DNA from: Patescibacteria group bacterium | GTDB lineage: Bacteria > Patescibacteriota > Minisyncoccia > Minisyncoccales > PEYH01 | Assembly: GCA_018817645.1 (NCBI GenBank) | Contig: JAHITK010000014.1 | Coordinates: 9,989 to 73,988 of the forward strand | Direction: 5' to 3' | Length of the DNA: 64,000 nucleotides | Part shown: positions 1 to 8,799 of the stretch, in pieces | Layout: the number at the start of each line of letters is the position of its first letter | Numbering within the stretch: position 1 is the stretch's first letter | Translations under genes and position numbers: made by a program | The notes under the pieces: model-generated | What the model saw: only the letters and a program-made list of their open reading frames with translations | Told to the model about the DNA's origin: nothing | Database searches by the model: none

Positions 1-659
1 ACTTTCTTACCTACTAGATGCGCTTTCCAAGTCAGGGCCATATCTTCGGCCATATTGCCTTCCGGGAATCCGCCCAGTTCTTTCAGTATCGCGGTGTTCA
101 GAGCGGAAAAACATCCCGAAGCAACCAACGAGGACTGCCAGTGTACCTGCGCACTCTTGTGAATGCGCAAATAGTATAAGTACTGGACCAGACGAGCCAT
201 TTCCCAGAAGTTCTTTATCCTCTGAGGAATGACAAAACCGGAAGCACATAAGGTTTTGCCATCGCTCAAGGCAGGGATGAGGTATTCTATGGCTTTGGGG
301 TCCAGAACTGTATCGGCATCTACATTGACAACGACTTCTGTATGCACGAAGCTGGTGCCAAAGTTCAGGGCTCGCGATTTTGTGCCAGTGTTGCAATGGG
401 TTCTCACAACCTTCGTTACTAAGCTGGCTGCGATTTGGGCAGTTCTATCCAGTGAGCAATCGTCAACAACAATGATTTCCTCAACAGGATAGGTTTGCGC
501 TTGGACACTGCGGATAGTAGCAGTAATGACCGCTTCTTCGTTAAAAGCGGGAATCAAAACCGTAACCGACGGCTTGTAGGTTGACGAGGGTTTTTCCTTC
601 CGCTCTTTACCGATTGAAAACAGCAGCAAAGACAGAATAAAACCAGAAATCTTTCTCAT
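1..659 (-). CDS. Family 2 glycosyltransferase, partial (3' end beyond left edge)
   Basis: Hand translation from ATG at 659 (absent from ORF track because no stop lies in the window): MRKISGFILSLLLFSIGKERKEKPSSTYKPSVTVLIPAFNEEAVITATIRSVQAQTYPVEEIIVVDDCSLDRTAQIA...NVDADTVLD. GT-A/GT2 signatures present (LIPAxNEE, VVDDxS, DxD). AGGAGG lies 5 nt upstream of the ATG. Confidence 0.8.
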   Translation of the reverse strand, partial: MRKISGFILSLLLFSIGKERKEKPSSTYKPSVTVLIPAFNEEAVITATIRSVQAQTYPVEEIIVVDDCSLDRTAQIAASLVTKVVRTHCNTGTKSRALNFGTSFVHTEVVVNVDADTVLDPKAIEYLIPALSDGKTLCASGFVIPQRIKNFWEMARLVQYLYYLRIHKSAQVHWQSSLVASGCFSALNTAILKELGGFPEGNMAEDMALTWKAHLVGKK

Positions 660-1192
660 TCTCACCTCCTTTTTTTTCTCTCTCTATTCTATATTGGTTA
701 TTGGTTTTCAAGGTGCTGCTGAAATATGTTTATTTAACTATTAAAAACATTTTTTGTCAATGTCTGTGTAATGGTTCAATAGCTTTGCAGCACTCTGATT
801 ACGGAGGTAAACAAAATATGGAGGTTCGGCCTCCATACCAATGTCAAGTAAAAGTTTTCCACAGCTCTTTTTCTTTTCAATTTGCTATTGATAGTATAAT
901 GAAAATAACGGTACTTTATTTATATTAAAATTAGATAAAAAAAATATCTCTGGATGCCTGAGGGGAAGGAAAATCAACTCAGGCACCCGGAGATATTTTT
1001 TTGAATATTCAAATATATCATATTCTAAACAGGCGACAGGAACTTGTCAAGACATTTGCGTCGTCTGGGAGTAATTTTATGAAATAATCTCCTCTAACCC
1101 CTCACTATACCCTCTATAATCACAAAAACCCGGCTTCTTTCTGCCGGGTCTCGCTGTATAAAATCGTATCTTAGGAGTTATATTGATGCTAA

Positions 1193-1855
1193 CTAATCCT
1201 GTACCTGGTTTTCCCTGACTTGAACCAGAAAATCGCCCACTACATCCTGGACGTAGGCAATCTGGCTTAACCAAGAAAGGGAAATGCCCACGACAATCAG
1301 TAAAAACCCAAAATAGTGCGAACCTCCGCTGTTAACCCCATTTAGTTGTGAGATTGTCAGCGCCGTAAAACCGCACAAGTAAAAAGCAAATTTGACTCTT
1401 CCTAAAATATTCGGCTCCGGAAGCTTTACTCTTCGGTCAAGCAAAACCCAAAGAGCGTAAATAACCAGCAAGGTCTCCGGCAAAATTATTTGCATTATCA
1501 AGTGGGGAGCAATAATACTGCGGGAAAACAAATACCATAATACCCCTATTGCCAATACCTTATCTGCAATCGGGTCGAAAATTTTTCCAAAATTAGTAAT
1601 TTGATTTCTTTTCCTTGCCAGCGTTCCGTCTATGATGTCTCCTAAAAACCCAAAGGCAATCAGAAAAAGCACCAGCCAACCTCCAACTATCTTCGGAAAA
1701 TAAAGAAGCCAGGAGAAAGAAAAACGAATGGCGGTAATATGATTTGGTTTTAACCAATCAGGGATAAATCCCAAGAACTTAATTAAAAAATTATCTCTTA
1801 CCCGGGTTTCCGCAATTGTCAATCTATTTATTGCTGAAAAGCATTTATTTAACAT
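1193..1855 (-). CDS. CDP-alcohol phosphatidyltransferase family protein
   Basis: 220-aa polytopic membrane ORF with the family motif DG(x2)AR(x8)G(x3)D(x3)D: DIIDGTLARKRNQITNFGKIFDPIADK. Confidence 0.75.
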   Translation of the reverse strand: MLNKCFSAINRLTIAETRVRDNFLIKFLGFIPDWLKPNHITAIRFSFSWLLYFPKIVGGWLVLFLIAFGFLGDIIDGTLARKRNQITNFGKIFDPIADKVLAIGVLWYLFSRSIIAPHLIMQIILPETLLVIYALWVLLDRRVKLPEPNILGRVKFAFYLCGFTALTISQLNGVNSGGSHYFGFLLIVVGISLSWLSQIAYVQDVVGDFLVQVRENQVQD

Positions 1856-1877
1856 AACAATCTCGCCTTTAATTATT

Positions 1878-2747
1878 CTATTTCTGACATTGGGGACAAA
1901 AATGCGCGGAACGGCTGCCGATTATTTTCCTTTGGATTATTGCTCCGCATTTCAGACATTTTTCTCCGGTGCGGCGATAAACCCTTGTGATGTCCTGATA
2001 TTCGCCTGTTTCTCCGTCCGGCTTGCGGAAATCGGGAACGCTTGAGCCGGAAAATTCAATCGCCTGCCAAAGAATTTTTGAAATCGCTTTGTGAATCTTT
2101 TTCCGTTCCGGCTCTTTCAGTCCTTTCGCCGGTCTGAAAGGCAAAACGCCGGCTAAAAAAAGAATCTCGTCAGCGTAAATATTGCCAATGCCGGCAATAA
2201 GATTCTGGTCCATCAAAACCTGTTTTATTTTCCTCCTCCCTGATTTGCCAATTATTTCCTTAAATTGTTCATAATCAAGCTCCAAGGCGTCAATCCCTAA
2301 TTCGCTTGTTATCTTCGCCTTTCCCAATAATTTGTTGTCCCACAACTCTATTCGGCCGAATTTTCGCATATCGGAAAAAGCCAGCATCATCCCGTTATCA
2401 AGCCAAAATATAATGTGGATAAACCGGTTCATCGGGTCTTCCAGCGGGCCCTTTTGCGCCGGCCTCCACTCCTCTTTTTCTTTTTCCCATTTTCCAATCA
2501 GGAAATGGCCGGTCATTTTCGGATGGACAAAAAGGGTTTTTTCTCCGGAGAGTTGGAATAAAACAACCTTGCCCCTGCGCTTGATATCAATAATTTGTTC
2601 GCCGATAATCCTCTTTTTGAACTGATTAAAATTCTTCGGCCCTTTAATCAGTTTTGGCGCATCGGTCCAAACATCAACAAAGGTTCTTTTCAGAACCCTT
2701 TTTCTCAAACCCTGAACCATTGTCTCCACTTCCGGCAATTCAGGCAT
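1878..2747 (-). CDS. mutM: Formamidopyrimidine-DNA glycosylase (Fpg/MutM)
   Basis: N-terminus MPELPEVET (catalytic Pro2/Glu3), H2TH region, C-terminal zinc finger CLKCGx(13)CPQC. 289 aa. Confidence 0.9.
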   Translation of the reverse strand: MPELPEVETMVQGLRKRVLKRTFVDVWTDAPKLIKGPKNFNQFKKRIIGEQIIDIKRRGKVVLFQLSGEKTLFVHPKMTGHFLIGKWEKEKEEWRPAQKGPLEDPMNRFIHIIFWLDNGMMLAFSDMRKFGRIELWDNKLLGKAKITSELGIDALELDYEQFKEIIGKSGRRKIKQVLMDQNLIAGIGNIYADEILFLAGVLPFRPAKGLKEPERKKIHKAISKILWQAIEFSGSSVPDFRKPDGETGEYQDITRVYRRTGEKCLKCGAIIQRKIIGSRSAHFCPQCQK

Positions 2748-3369
2748 ATTTATTGTAATCCAAATTTTTTAAGATTGATTTTCTCAATCGCGCCATCTTA
2801 TGATTGGAAAGATTGAGTTCCAGAACCGCCCTCTGCGAAGAAACTATTTCTATCAATTTCTGATTCAAATTTTTCAAGCCATATTTTTCTATAATCCCCC
2901 GATACTTCTTCCAATCTACGATGTTCGCAGACAAAAGCGAAAAAATATCAACCAAGTCTTTTTTCCCTTTATTGCTGTTCTGGCGCGAAGAAAAAGCGTA
3001 AAGTTTCAGGGTGAGCAAAACTTCAGGCACAGGCGCTAAAAATCCTTCAATGCTCTGCGAGTAATCTGATATTATATCCTCGACAGGAATCCCTATTTCG
3101 GAAAAATGGGGAAGGTAGATATCAATATCTACTTCTTCGTTTTTTATCTCGTATTTTTTGAGCCGTTCATTCTTAAAAACTTCAAATTTTTCTTTCAATG
3201 CTTCTAATTGGTTGTAATCAACGATAATATCAATGTCCTTTGATTTTAAACTTTTAGCGTAAGCGAACACTGCCCAACCGCCAATAAGAACAAAATTAAA
3301 CTCGCCCCTTAGTTCTTGAAGGATTTCAAAACTCTTTTCTGTGATTAAATCATGGTAGAACTCAGGCAT
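2740..3369 (-). CDS. Putative minimal nucleotidyltransferase (AbiEii-like candidate toxin)
   Basis: 209 aa. NTase-fold signature hGG-x(n)-DhDh: VLIGGWAVFAYAKSLKSKDIDIIV. Starts 1 nt after the upstream wHTH gene. Confidence 0.45.
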   Translation of the reverse strand: MPEFYHDLITEKSFEILQELRGEFNFVLIGGWAVFAYAKSLKSKDIDIIVDYNQLEALKEKFEVFKNERLKKYEIKNEEVDIDIYLPHFSEIGIPVEDIISDYSQSIEGFLAPVPEVLLTLKLYAFSSRQNSNKGKKDLVDIFSLLSANIVDWKKYRGIIEKYGLKNLNQKLIEIVSSQRAVLELNLSNHKMARLRKSILKNLDYNKYA

Positions 3370-3370
3370 A

Positions 3371-3967
3371 TCAAAAATGAAAAACTTTTTCTTTTAGGGC
3401 GTCTAAATAATTTTTGGCATACCATTCCCGCAGATTCCATAAATCAACAAATGTCTGGCAATCAGGCGTTATTTTCCCCTTGCTAAAGTTTTCAAGCCAT
3501 CTGTCGGATAATATAACTACAAGGTTAATTATTCCTTTTTGGAACGGAAAACGAGATTTTATATCAGTTAATTTCTCTTTTTTAGAATAAACATAGATCT
3601 TGTCATAGTCGGCCGGGGCGTCTTTGTATTTTTTCAGATAAGCGGAAAAAGCGCCAAAAGTTATATGAGGGGGCATTTCGCCCTCTATCTCTTTTACGCT
3701 CTTGTCTGTATGTGTTTGGTAAATAACATCTTTTTGCAGATTGCGGAAAGTGGCCCAAAGATAAAGCCATTTCTCGGCGTCAACAACCTTAAATCCCCTG
3801 CCCCCCGCTTCAATGCAACCAGAGGCGCGAGGAACCTTCAAAGCATTAAAAACCGTGCTCAAAGAGAATTTATATTTTTGGGCTATCTCTTTTTGGGTAA
3901 ATTCAAATTTCTTGTTTTCCAGGACTTGAAATAGTATTTCCCGCCAAATTATCTCTTTTTTGGTCAT
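3371..3967 (-). CDS. Winged-helix DNA-binding protein (AbiEi-like candidate antitoxin/regulator)
   Basis: 198 aa. N-terminal HTH-like segment FTQKEIAQKYKFSLSTVFNALK. Translationally coupled to the NTase gene. Confidence 0.45.
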   Translation of the reverse strand: MTKKEIIWREILFQVLENKKFEFTQKEIAQKYKFSLSTVFNALKVPRASGCIEAGGRGFKVVDAEKWLYLWATFRNLQKDVIYQTHTDKSVKEIEGEMPPHITFGAFSAYLKKYKDAPADYDKIYVYSKKEKLTDIKSRFPFQKGIINLVVILSDRWLENFSKGKITPDCQTFVDLWNLREWYAKNYLDALKEKVFHF

Positions 3968-4005
3968 CGTTTCGTTAAAAACAATAAATTATTGACTTCG
4001 TTTCT

Positions 4006-4034
4006 ATAATAATAGAAATGAAAACGACTGTCAA
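4006..4034 (-). promoter_or_regulatory. Sigma70-like promoter with overlapping inverted repeat, upstream of the wHTH gene
   Basis: Minus strand reads TTGACA (4034-4029), a 17-nt spacer, then TATTAT (4011-4006). TTTCTAT-N4-ATAGAAA inverted repeat overlaps the -10. Confidence 0.5.
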
Positions 4035-4061
4035 GAAATTTTAAGAATTATTTTAAGAGCA

Positions 4062-4559
4062 TTACAACTCTTTAAGCATTTCCCAACTGATATGGAAAAA
4101 CGGGGGTGTTTCAAATTTGTTCATTTCTTCCGGTTTAATCCATTTGAAATCAGTATGCTCAGAGTCCAATTTTATCCTGGGCTTTTCTTTTAACTCAACC
4201 AAGACCGGGAAGCGAAGCCATAACCGGTGAACGGTCTCGTCTTTTATCTTGTATGACTGTCCGAATTTGAGGTCCGCAATATTCTCTTCCGTAATGCTTG
4301 TCTCTTCTTTTAATTCCTCCAAAACCTTTTCCCGGATCGGCTTCAGCTCGTCCAAATAACCGGCCACGGTACTCCATTTTCCCTGATAAGTGCTTACTTT
4401 TTTACTTCTCTTCAAAAGCAGGATTTCTCCCTGATATCTGACAAAAATAATCAGGACGGGCGCGCTGATGGAATTGGTATAATCAATTCTGCCATCAGAA
4501 AACTTTGGCAAATCCGCGCCCAATTTTTTAATAATTTCAAAAATATATTCCTCTTTCAT
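4062..4559 (-). CDS. NUDIX hydrolase
   Basis: Nudix box GYLDELKPIREKVLEELKEETSI (Gx5Ex7REUxEExGU pattern). 165 aa. Confidence 0.8.
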   Translation of the reverse strand: MKEEYIFEIIKKLGADLPKFSDGRIDYTNSISAPVLIIFVRYQGEILLLKRSKKVSTYQGKWSTVAGYLDELKPIREKVLEELKEETSITEENIADLKFGQSYKIKDETVHRLWLRFPVLVELKEKPRIKLDSEHTDFKWIKPEEMNKFETPPFFHISWEMLKEL

Positions 4560-5314
4560 AAGGACACCTCAATTCCGACCGGACAATGGTCAGAACCCAT
4601 TACTTTATCAAGGATAAAAGCAGATTTAACATTTTCCGCCAGCGGAGCAGAGATAAAACAATAATCTATCCTCCATCCCAAATTGCGCTCTCGGGCATTG
4701 GCAAAATACGGCCACCAGGTATAATGGCCCGCTGCATCATCAAACTTTCGAAAACTGTCAATAAATCCTAATTTAACAATCTTATCAATTTGCTCTCTTT
4801 CTTCTGCCGTGAACATTATGCTGTTCTGATTCTCTTTTGGCCGAGCCAAGTCAACCTCCTGATGGGCAATATTGAAATCGCCCACGGCAATCACTTTCTT
4901 GCTTTTAATCGCTTTCAGGTAATCAATAAGGAAATCGTACACTTTTAGCTTGTATTCCAGATTTTCTTTCTGTCTTCCGCCGTGGGGCAGATAAAGGTTG
5001 AGCAGAATAAATTCCGGAAAATCCAGCCGAATCATTCTCCCTTCTCCGTCAAAACGGCTTAACCCGATGCTCTTTTCTTCTTTATCGGGGGCTGTCTTTG
5101 AATAGACGGCTGTTCCGCTGTATCCGGGCTTTTGCGCCGGATTTAAGAAAAGATGATGGCCCTTGATTTTCCTCAATTCCTCCGGCAAATCCGAATCATT
5201 AGACCTTACTTCCTGCAAGCAGACAATATCCGCTTCGGCGCTTTTGAACCAATCCAAAAATCCCTTCTTGTAATTCGCCCTTAACCCGTTGACATTCCAG
5301 GAAAAAATCTTCAT
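4556..5314 (-). CDS. xth: Exodeoxyribonuclease III
   Basis: MKIFSWNVNGLRA...DIVCLQE...GDFNIAH...SDHCPV are classic ExoIII/AP endonuclease motifs. 252 aa. Confidence 0.9.
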   Translation of the reverse strand: MKIFSWNVNGLRANYKKGFLDWFKSAEADIVCLQEVRSNDSDLPEELRKIKGHHLFLNPAQKPGYSGTAVYSKTAPDKEEKSIGLSRFDGEGRMIRLDFPEFILLNLYLPHGGRQKENLEYKLKVYDFLIDYLKAIKSKKVIAVGDFNIAHQEVDLARPKENQNSIMFTAEEREQIDKIVKLGFIDSFRKFDDAAGHYTWWPYFANARERNLGWRIDYCFISAPLAENVKSAFILDKVMGSDHCPVGIEVSL

Positions 5315-5315
5315 C

Positions 5316-5726
5316 TTAATTGCTGGTATTAATGCCCTGCTCTTCTTCTCTTTGAAGAGCCCTGATTTCCTTCTTTAAAGACCTCATTTCCAACTCTCTC
5401 TGAATAATCATCTGGTACCAGGATTCAAGCTCCGCCGCCCTTGTCTGAAGAGCATCCCGGCTCTTCTGGAATTTCAATGTCTGTTCCTCTAATTCATCCC
5501 TGCTTTGCTTCAACTGTTCTGTTTTTTCCTGGGCTTTCTTCCTTAAAATCTCTTCTTTGCGGGATTCTCTTACTGAATATCTCACCAGTAAAAAACCAAT
5601 AAGGCAATAAAGGAGGAAGATAACAGCGTCGGCAATCATTATGCCCATAGCCCCGGCTGAAAAAATCTGGATAAAAGAAATAATCGCTATCCCGGAAATC
5701 AAAATGATTGTTATAACCGTTCTCAT
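5316..5726 (-). CDS. Hypothetical membrane-anchored coiled-coil protein
   Basis: Two N-terminal hydrophobic helices followed by a charged heptad-like segment (KEEILRKKAQEKTEQLKQSRDELEEQ...). Confidence 0.5.
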   Translation of the reverse strand: MRTVITIILISGIAIISFIQIFSAGAMGIMIADAVIFLLYCLIGFLLVRYSVRESRKEEILRKKAQEKTEQLKQSRDELEEQTLKFQKSRDALQTRAAELESWYQMIIQRELEMRSLKKEIRALQREEEQGINTSN

Positions 5727-5794
5727 TTTAAAATTCGCTTTATTCTTTTATTTTACCAGAAAATAGAAAAATCACCTATGGCGGTTTTTTAATT

Positions 5795-5813
5795 GTTAGG
5801 GTGCGACCCTAAC
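5795..5813. repeat. GC-rich palindromic element GTTAGGGTGCGACCCTAAC (copy 1 of 2)
   Basis: Perfect 8-bp stem with a 3-nt loop. An identical 19-mer occurs at 28963-28981. Confidence 0.8.
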
Positions 5814-5883
5814 GCGAGATAAAACTAATTATAAAGCGGAGAGGATAAAGTACGCTCTCCTCTCCGCTCCGCTTCTCAATTTA

Positions 5884-6414
5884 TCAACCTTGAAGGTTGA
5901 TGACGAGAATGTTCTGTGGACTGCAGTCGTTCGCCGGCCGGCGAACAACCAGGTAGGCCCTATACACACCAGGGATTTGGAAAATGCTCGTATTAACACA
6001 GACTCGCCATACGCCGTCATCTCCAAGAACGAACGGTATGTAACTGGGCTCTCCGGCCAAGATCTCAAACGTCTCGTTGGGCAAAAGCCGGCAGAAAGCG
6101 AGATATGGGGGGACATAATCCAAACCATCGTCCGCAGACACAACCTGAAATGAAAAACAGATTGTATCTCCGAACACAGGATTGGGATTATCCACCATTG
6201 GACCTTCTAAGTCCAACTTCGGCAGTAAAAACCATTCCGGTGTCTGATGGCTTGGCCTTGGCCCCGAATGATTTGGGGCCTCACCATCCCCCCCATTGCC
6301 ATTGTCGCCAGGAGGTCCCTCGGGCGGCGCCTCAAAATCCGCGAGCACTGCTCCCGCGCAGTACAGCATTGCCAACAACGCCACAACCATCGCAACCAAA
6401 ATCCGGCTTTTCAT
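5884..6414 (-). CDS. Hypothetical secreted protein (GC-rich cassette)
   Basis: Internal ATG at 6414 preceded by AAGGAGG (6418-6425). Signal-peptide-like MKSRILVAMVVALLAMLYCAGAVLA. The longer track ORF (to 6612) would overlap ychF. Confidence 0.55.
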   Translation of the reverse strand: MKSRILVAMVVALLAMLYCAGAVLADFEAPPEGPPGDNGNGGDGEAPNHSGPRPSHQTPEWFLLPKLDLEGPMVDNPNPVFGDTICFSFQVVSADDGLDYVPPYLAFCRLLPNETFEILAGEPSYIPFVLGDDGVWRVCVNTSIFQIPGVYRAYLVVRRPANDCSPQNILVINLQG

Positions 6415-6506
6415 CGTTCCCTCCTTAAATCCACAATATATCTGTATTATACCTGTAAAAATAAAAAAATCAATACCACTAATACAAAATCCATATTCTA
6501 TAAACT

Positions 6507-7583
6507 CTACCCGTCGGTTTTGATTTCTATGACATCCCCGTCCTGAACAACATATTCCTTGCCTTCGGTGCGAAGCAGACCCTTTTCTCTGGCACCGGAA
6601 AATCCCCTGCAATCAATTAGGTCTTTCCAATTTATGACTTGCGCTTTGATGAAATGAGTTTCAAAATCAGTATGGACCACCCCGCCTGCCTGGGGCGCCG
6701 TAGACCCTCTTTTTAGCGTCCATCCCCGCACCTCATTAGTTGCCACGGCAGTAAAAAAGGTTATCAAATCAAGCAGTTTATAACATTCCTTTATTAAAAC
6801 ATCTAATTGAATTTCCGCTGGCAAGTCAAGTTCAATTCTTTGTTCAGCGGTAAAATCAGCTGCCTCAAGTTCTGTCAAGACATCGGCTATCAGGAAAGGC
6901 CAATTATTCTTCTTGAATGTCTCTACCACTTCTACTGAAACCTCGCTTTCTGTGCCATTAAGCAAAAAGAGCCGCTTTTTCATAGTCAACAATTGATAAC
7001 TATTTAGAATTTTCCTTTCCTCCTCGCTCCATTGCGATTCAAACAAGAGCTCCCCTTCCCGCAGTAATTTCCACGCCTTTACAACCGCTGACATCTCTTT
7101 TTCCAGATTTTTGTCTTTCGCTTTGCCTTTCAATTCCTTTTCCAGCGACTCCGCTCTTTTTTCAATGGTCTCCAAATCCTTGAGAACCATTTCCATATCC
7201 AAAATCTCTTTTTCTTCCAAAACATCAATTTTAGACCGCGTATTAACGACATCTTCTTTGTTAAAACATCGTAAAACATAGACAATGGCATCCACTTCCC
7301 GGATATTTGCCAAAAATTTGTTTCCTAATCCCTCTCCTTGGCTTGCCCCCCTGACCAGCCCGGCAATGTCAACAAATTCCACGGTAGTATAAATTTTCTT
7401 GGCCGAAGAAGTAAGTTCGGCCAATTTGTCTATTCTCTGGTCAAGGACGGCAACCACGCCCACATTCGGGGCTATGGTGCAAAAAGGATAATTCGCGCGG
7501 TCAACCTCTTTTTTGGTTATGGCTTGGAAAAGCGTTGACTTGCCCACATTGGGCAAACCGACGATTCCTATACTCAAAGACAT
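6507..7583 (-). CDS. ychF: Ribosome-binding ATPase YchF
   Basis: P-loop [12 protein letters not shown]-terminal TGS-like domain ([23 protein letters not shown]). 358 aa. Confidence 0.9.
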   Translation of the reverse strand: MSLSIGIVGLPNVGKSTLFQAITKKEVDRANYPFCTIAPNVGVVAVLDQRIDKLAELTSSAKKIYTTVEFVDIAGLVRGASQGEGLGNKFLANIREVDAIVYVLRCFNKEDVVNTRSKIDVLEEKEILDMEMVLKDLETIEKRAESLEKELKGKAKDKNLEKEMSAVVKAWKLLREGELLFESQWSEEERKILNSYQLLTMKKRLFLLNGTESEVSVEVVETFKKNNWPFLIADVLTELEAADFTAEQRIELDLPAEIQLDVLIKECYKLLDLITFFTAVATNEVRGWTLKRGSTAPQAGGVVHTDFETHFIKAQVINWKDLIDCRGFSGAREKGLLRTEGKEYVVQDGDVIEIKTDG

Positions 7584-7731
7584 TTTTATATTTTAGAACT
7601 TAAATTTCTATTTTAGAAAAGAGATATTATCCACGGCGATGAAATCGCCGAATTTTTTCGTTAAATTAGAAACTTCAATCATATTAATATGCCGTTATTA
7701 TAGTTAGATATAAATAAATCGTCAAATAAAA

Positions 7732-7764
7732 CAAGAAATGCTTCTGGATGGAAAGCATTTCTTG
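7732..7764 (-). terminator. Intrinsic terminator after the 7780-7971 ORF
   Basis: CAAGAAATGCTT/AAGCATTTCTTG 11-12 bp stem, followed on the minus strand by TTTTATTT. Confidence 0.6.
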
Positions 7765-7779
7765 TCAGTAAAAAATATT

Positions 7780-7971
7780 CTATTCTTGAACGCTTGGACT
7801 TGAAGTTGAACTTGGCCCTGGATTTAAGCCCGGTCTCAGTCCGAAACCGCCTCGCCCTCCTCTAAAATCTCCGAATTTCCCGGGCATTTCTAAGCCCATA
7901 CACCAACACCAACCGTCGTCTATGCCGTTATCTTTTGCCCAGGCACTTACTTCTTCGCGAATATTCTCCAT
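7780..7971 (-). CDS. Hypothetical small W/C/G-rich protein (63 aa)
   Basis: ORF MENIREEVSAWAKDNGIDDGWCWCMGLEMPGKFGDFRGGRGGFG... has its own terminator, but no SD was seen. Confidence 0.3.
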   Translation of the reverse strand: MENIREEVSAWAKDNGIDDGWCWCMGLEMPGKFGDFRGGRGGFGLRPGLNPGPSSTSSPSVQE

Positions 7972-8050
7972 TATTTATCTGGTTGATTTTGATTCTTGTT
8001 CTTCTAACGGCCTTTCTACTAATTTAATACGACATAATTAAAAATTTATT

Positions 8051-8725
8051 TCACTCATCTTTTTTCATAAATTTGGTGGTTTCGGAATAAAGGACTAATT
8101 TTGAACCGCCGTCAACATTTTTAATGGTTAAAATTTGCTCGGTCTTGCTGATAAATTCTCCTTGCAAAAAAACGTTGCCCGCAGTTCTCCCCGGTTGATT
8201 GGAAATATCGGGCAAGGATCCGCTGTCCCTCAATGTTTGGATTGCTTGCCTCTTTTCTTCCGGAGTCATATTTTCAAATCCCGCCGGCATATTCGGCATA
8301 TTCGCCGGCGCTTGACCGGCATTGGGCATATTCGCGTTAGAGGGAGTGCCGGTGGCGTTGAGACGAAAATTTATCTGCCCGGCATTAGGAACATTGGCGA
8401 AGTTCTCGACAGAGCCGATATAAACCATATTGGCGCTAACGCTTCCGTCCGGGTTGTCGGTTCCTTCAATCATAAGGTAATCCCCTGCTTTTAAGTCCTC
8501 CGCGCTTGCTTCGGAAAATCCTTGAAGAAAGGTTTCCATTCCTCTTGCGTCGTCCGTTGTTGTCGCATTAGCCGTCTGTTGTCCGCTGATAGCAGATTTA
8601 TCATCAACGGATTTCAAACTGTTGGTCAGAAGAATTATTCCCGCGATAATCCCGACCGCCACCAAAACCGCGGGTATTATAATCGCAATTTTTAATTTTA
8701 TATTTTTAAATTTTAAAGAAAACAT
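8051..8725 (-). CDS. Hypothetical membrane-anchored/secreted protein
   Basis: ATG at 8725 (the track start at 8734 is TTG). N-terminal TM IAIIIPAVLVAVGIIAGIILL. N/A/P/M-rich low-complexity centre. Confidence 0.6.
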   Translation of the reverse strand: MFSLKFKNIKLKIAIIIPAVLVAVGIIAGIILLTNSLKSVDDKSAISGQQTANATTTDDARGMETFLQGFSEASAEDLKAGDYLMIEGTDNPDGSVSANMVYIGSVENFANVPNAGQINFRLNATGTPSNANMPNAGQAPANMPNMPAGFENMTPEEKRQAIQTLRDSGSLPDISNQPGRTAGNVFLQGEFISKTEQILTIKNVDGGSKLVLYSETTKFMKKDE

Positions 8726-8734
8726 GCCTTTCAA

Positions 8735-8797
8735 TTTTGGATTTTGGATTTTGGATTTTGAGTTTGATTTGACATTTGGATTTGGGATTTTGGATTT
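8735..8797. repeat. TTTTGGA-heptamer / TTTGACATTTGG repeat element (copy a)
   Basis: Reads ATTTTGGATTTTGGATTTTGGATTTTGAGTTTGATTTGACATTTGGATTTGGGATTTTGGATTT. Related copies at 48058, 56613, 58000 and 58556. Confidence 0.8.
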
Positions 8798-8799
8798 AT

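Noticed and set aside
7-492. Track ORFs 7-396(-) and 229-492(+) at the left edge
   Set aside because: Another minus-strand frame starting at 659 gives an unambiguous GT2 glycosyltransferase. These two ORFs are alternative-frame or antisense products of a GC-richer region.
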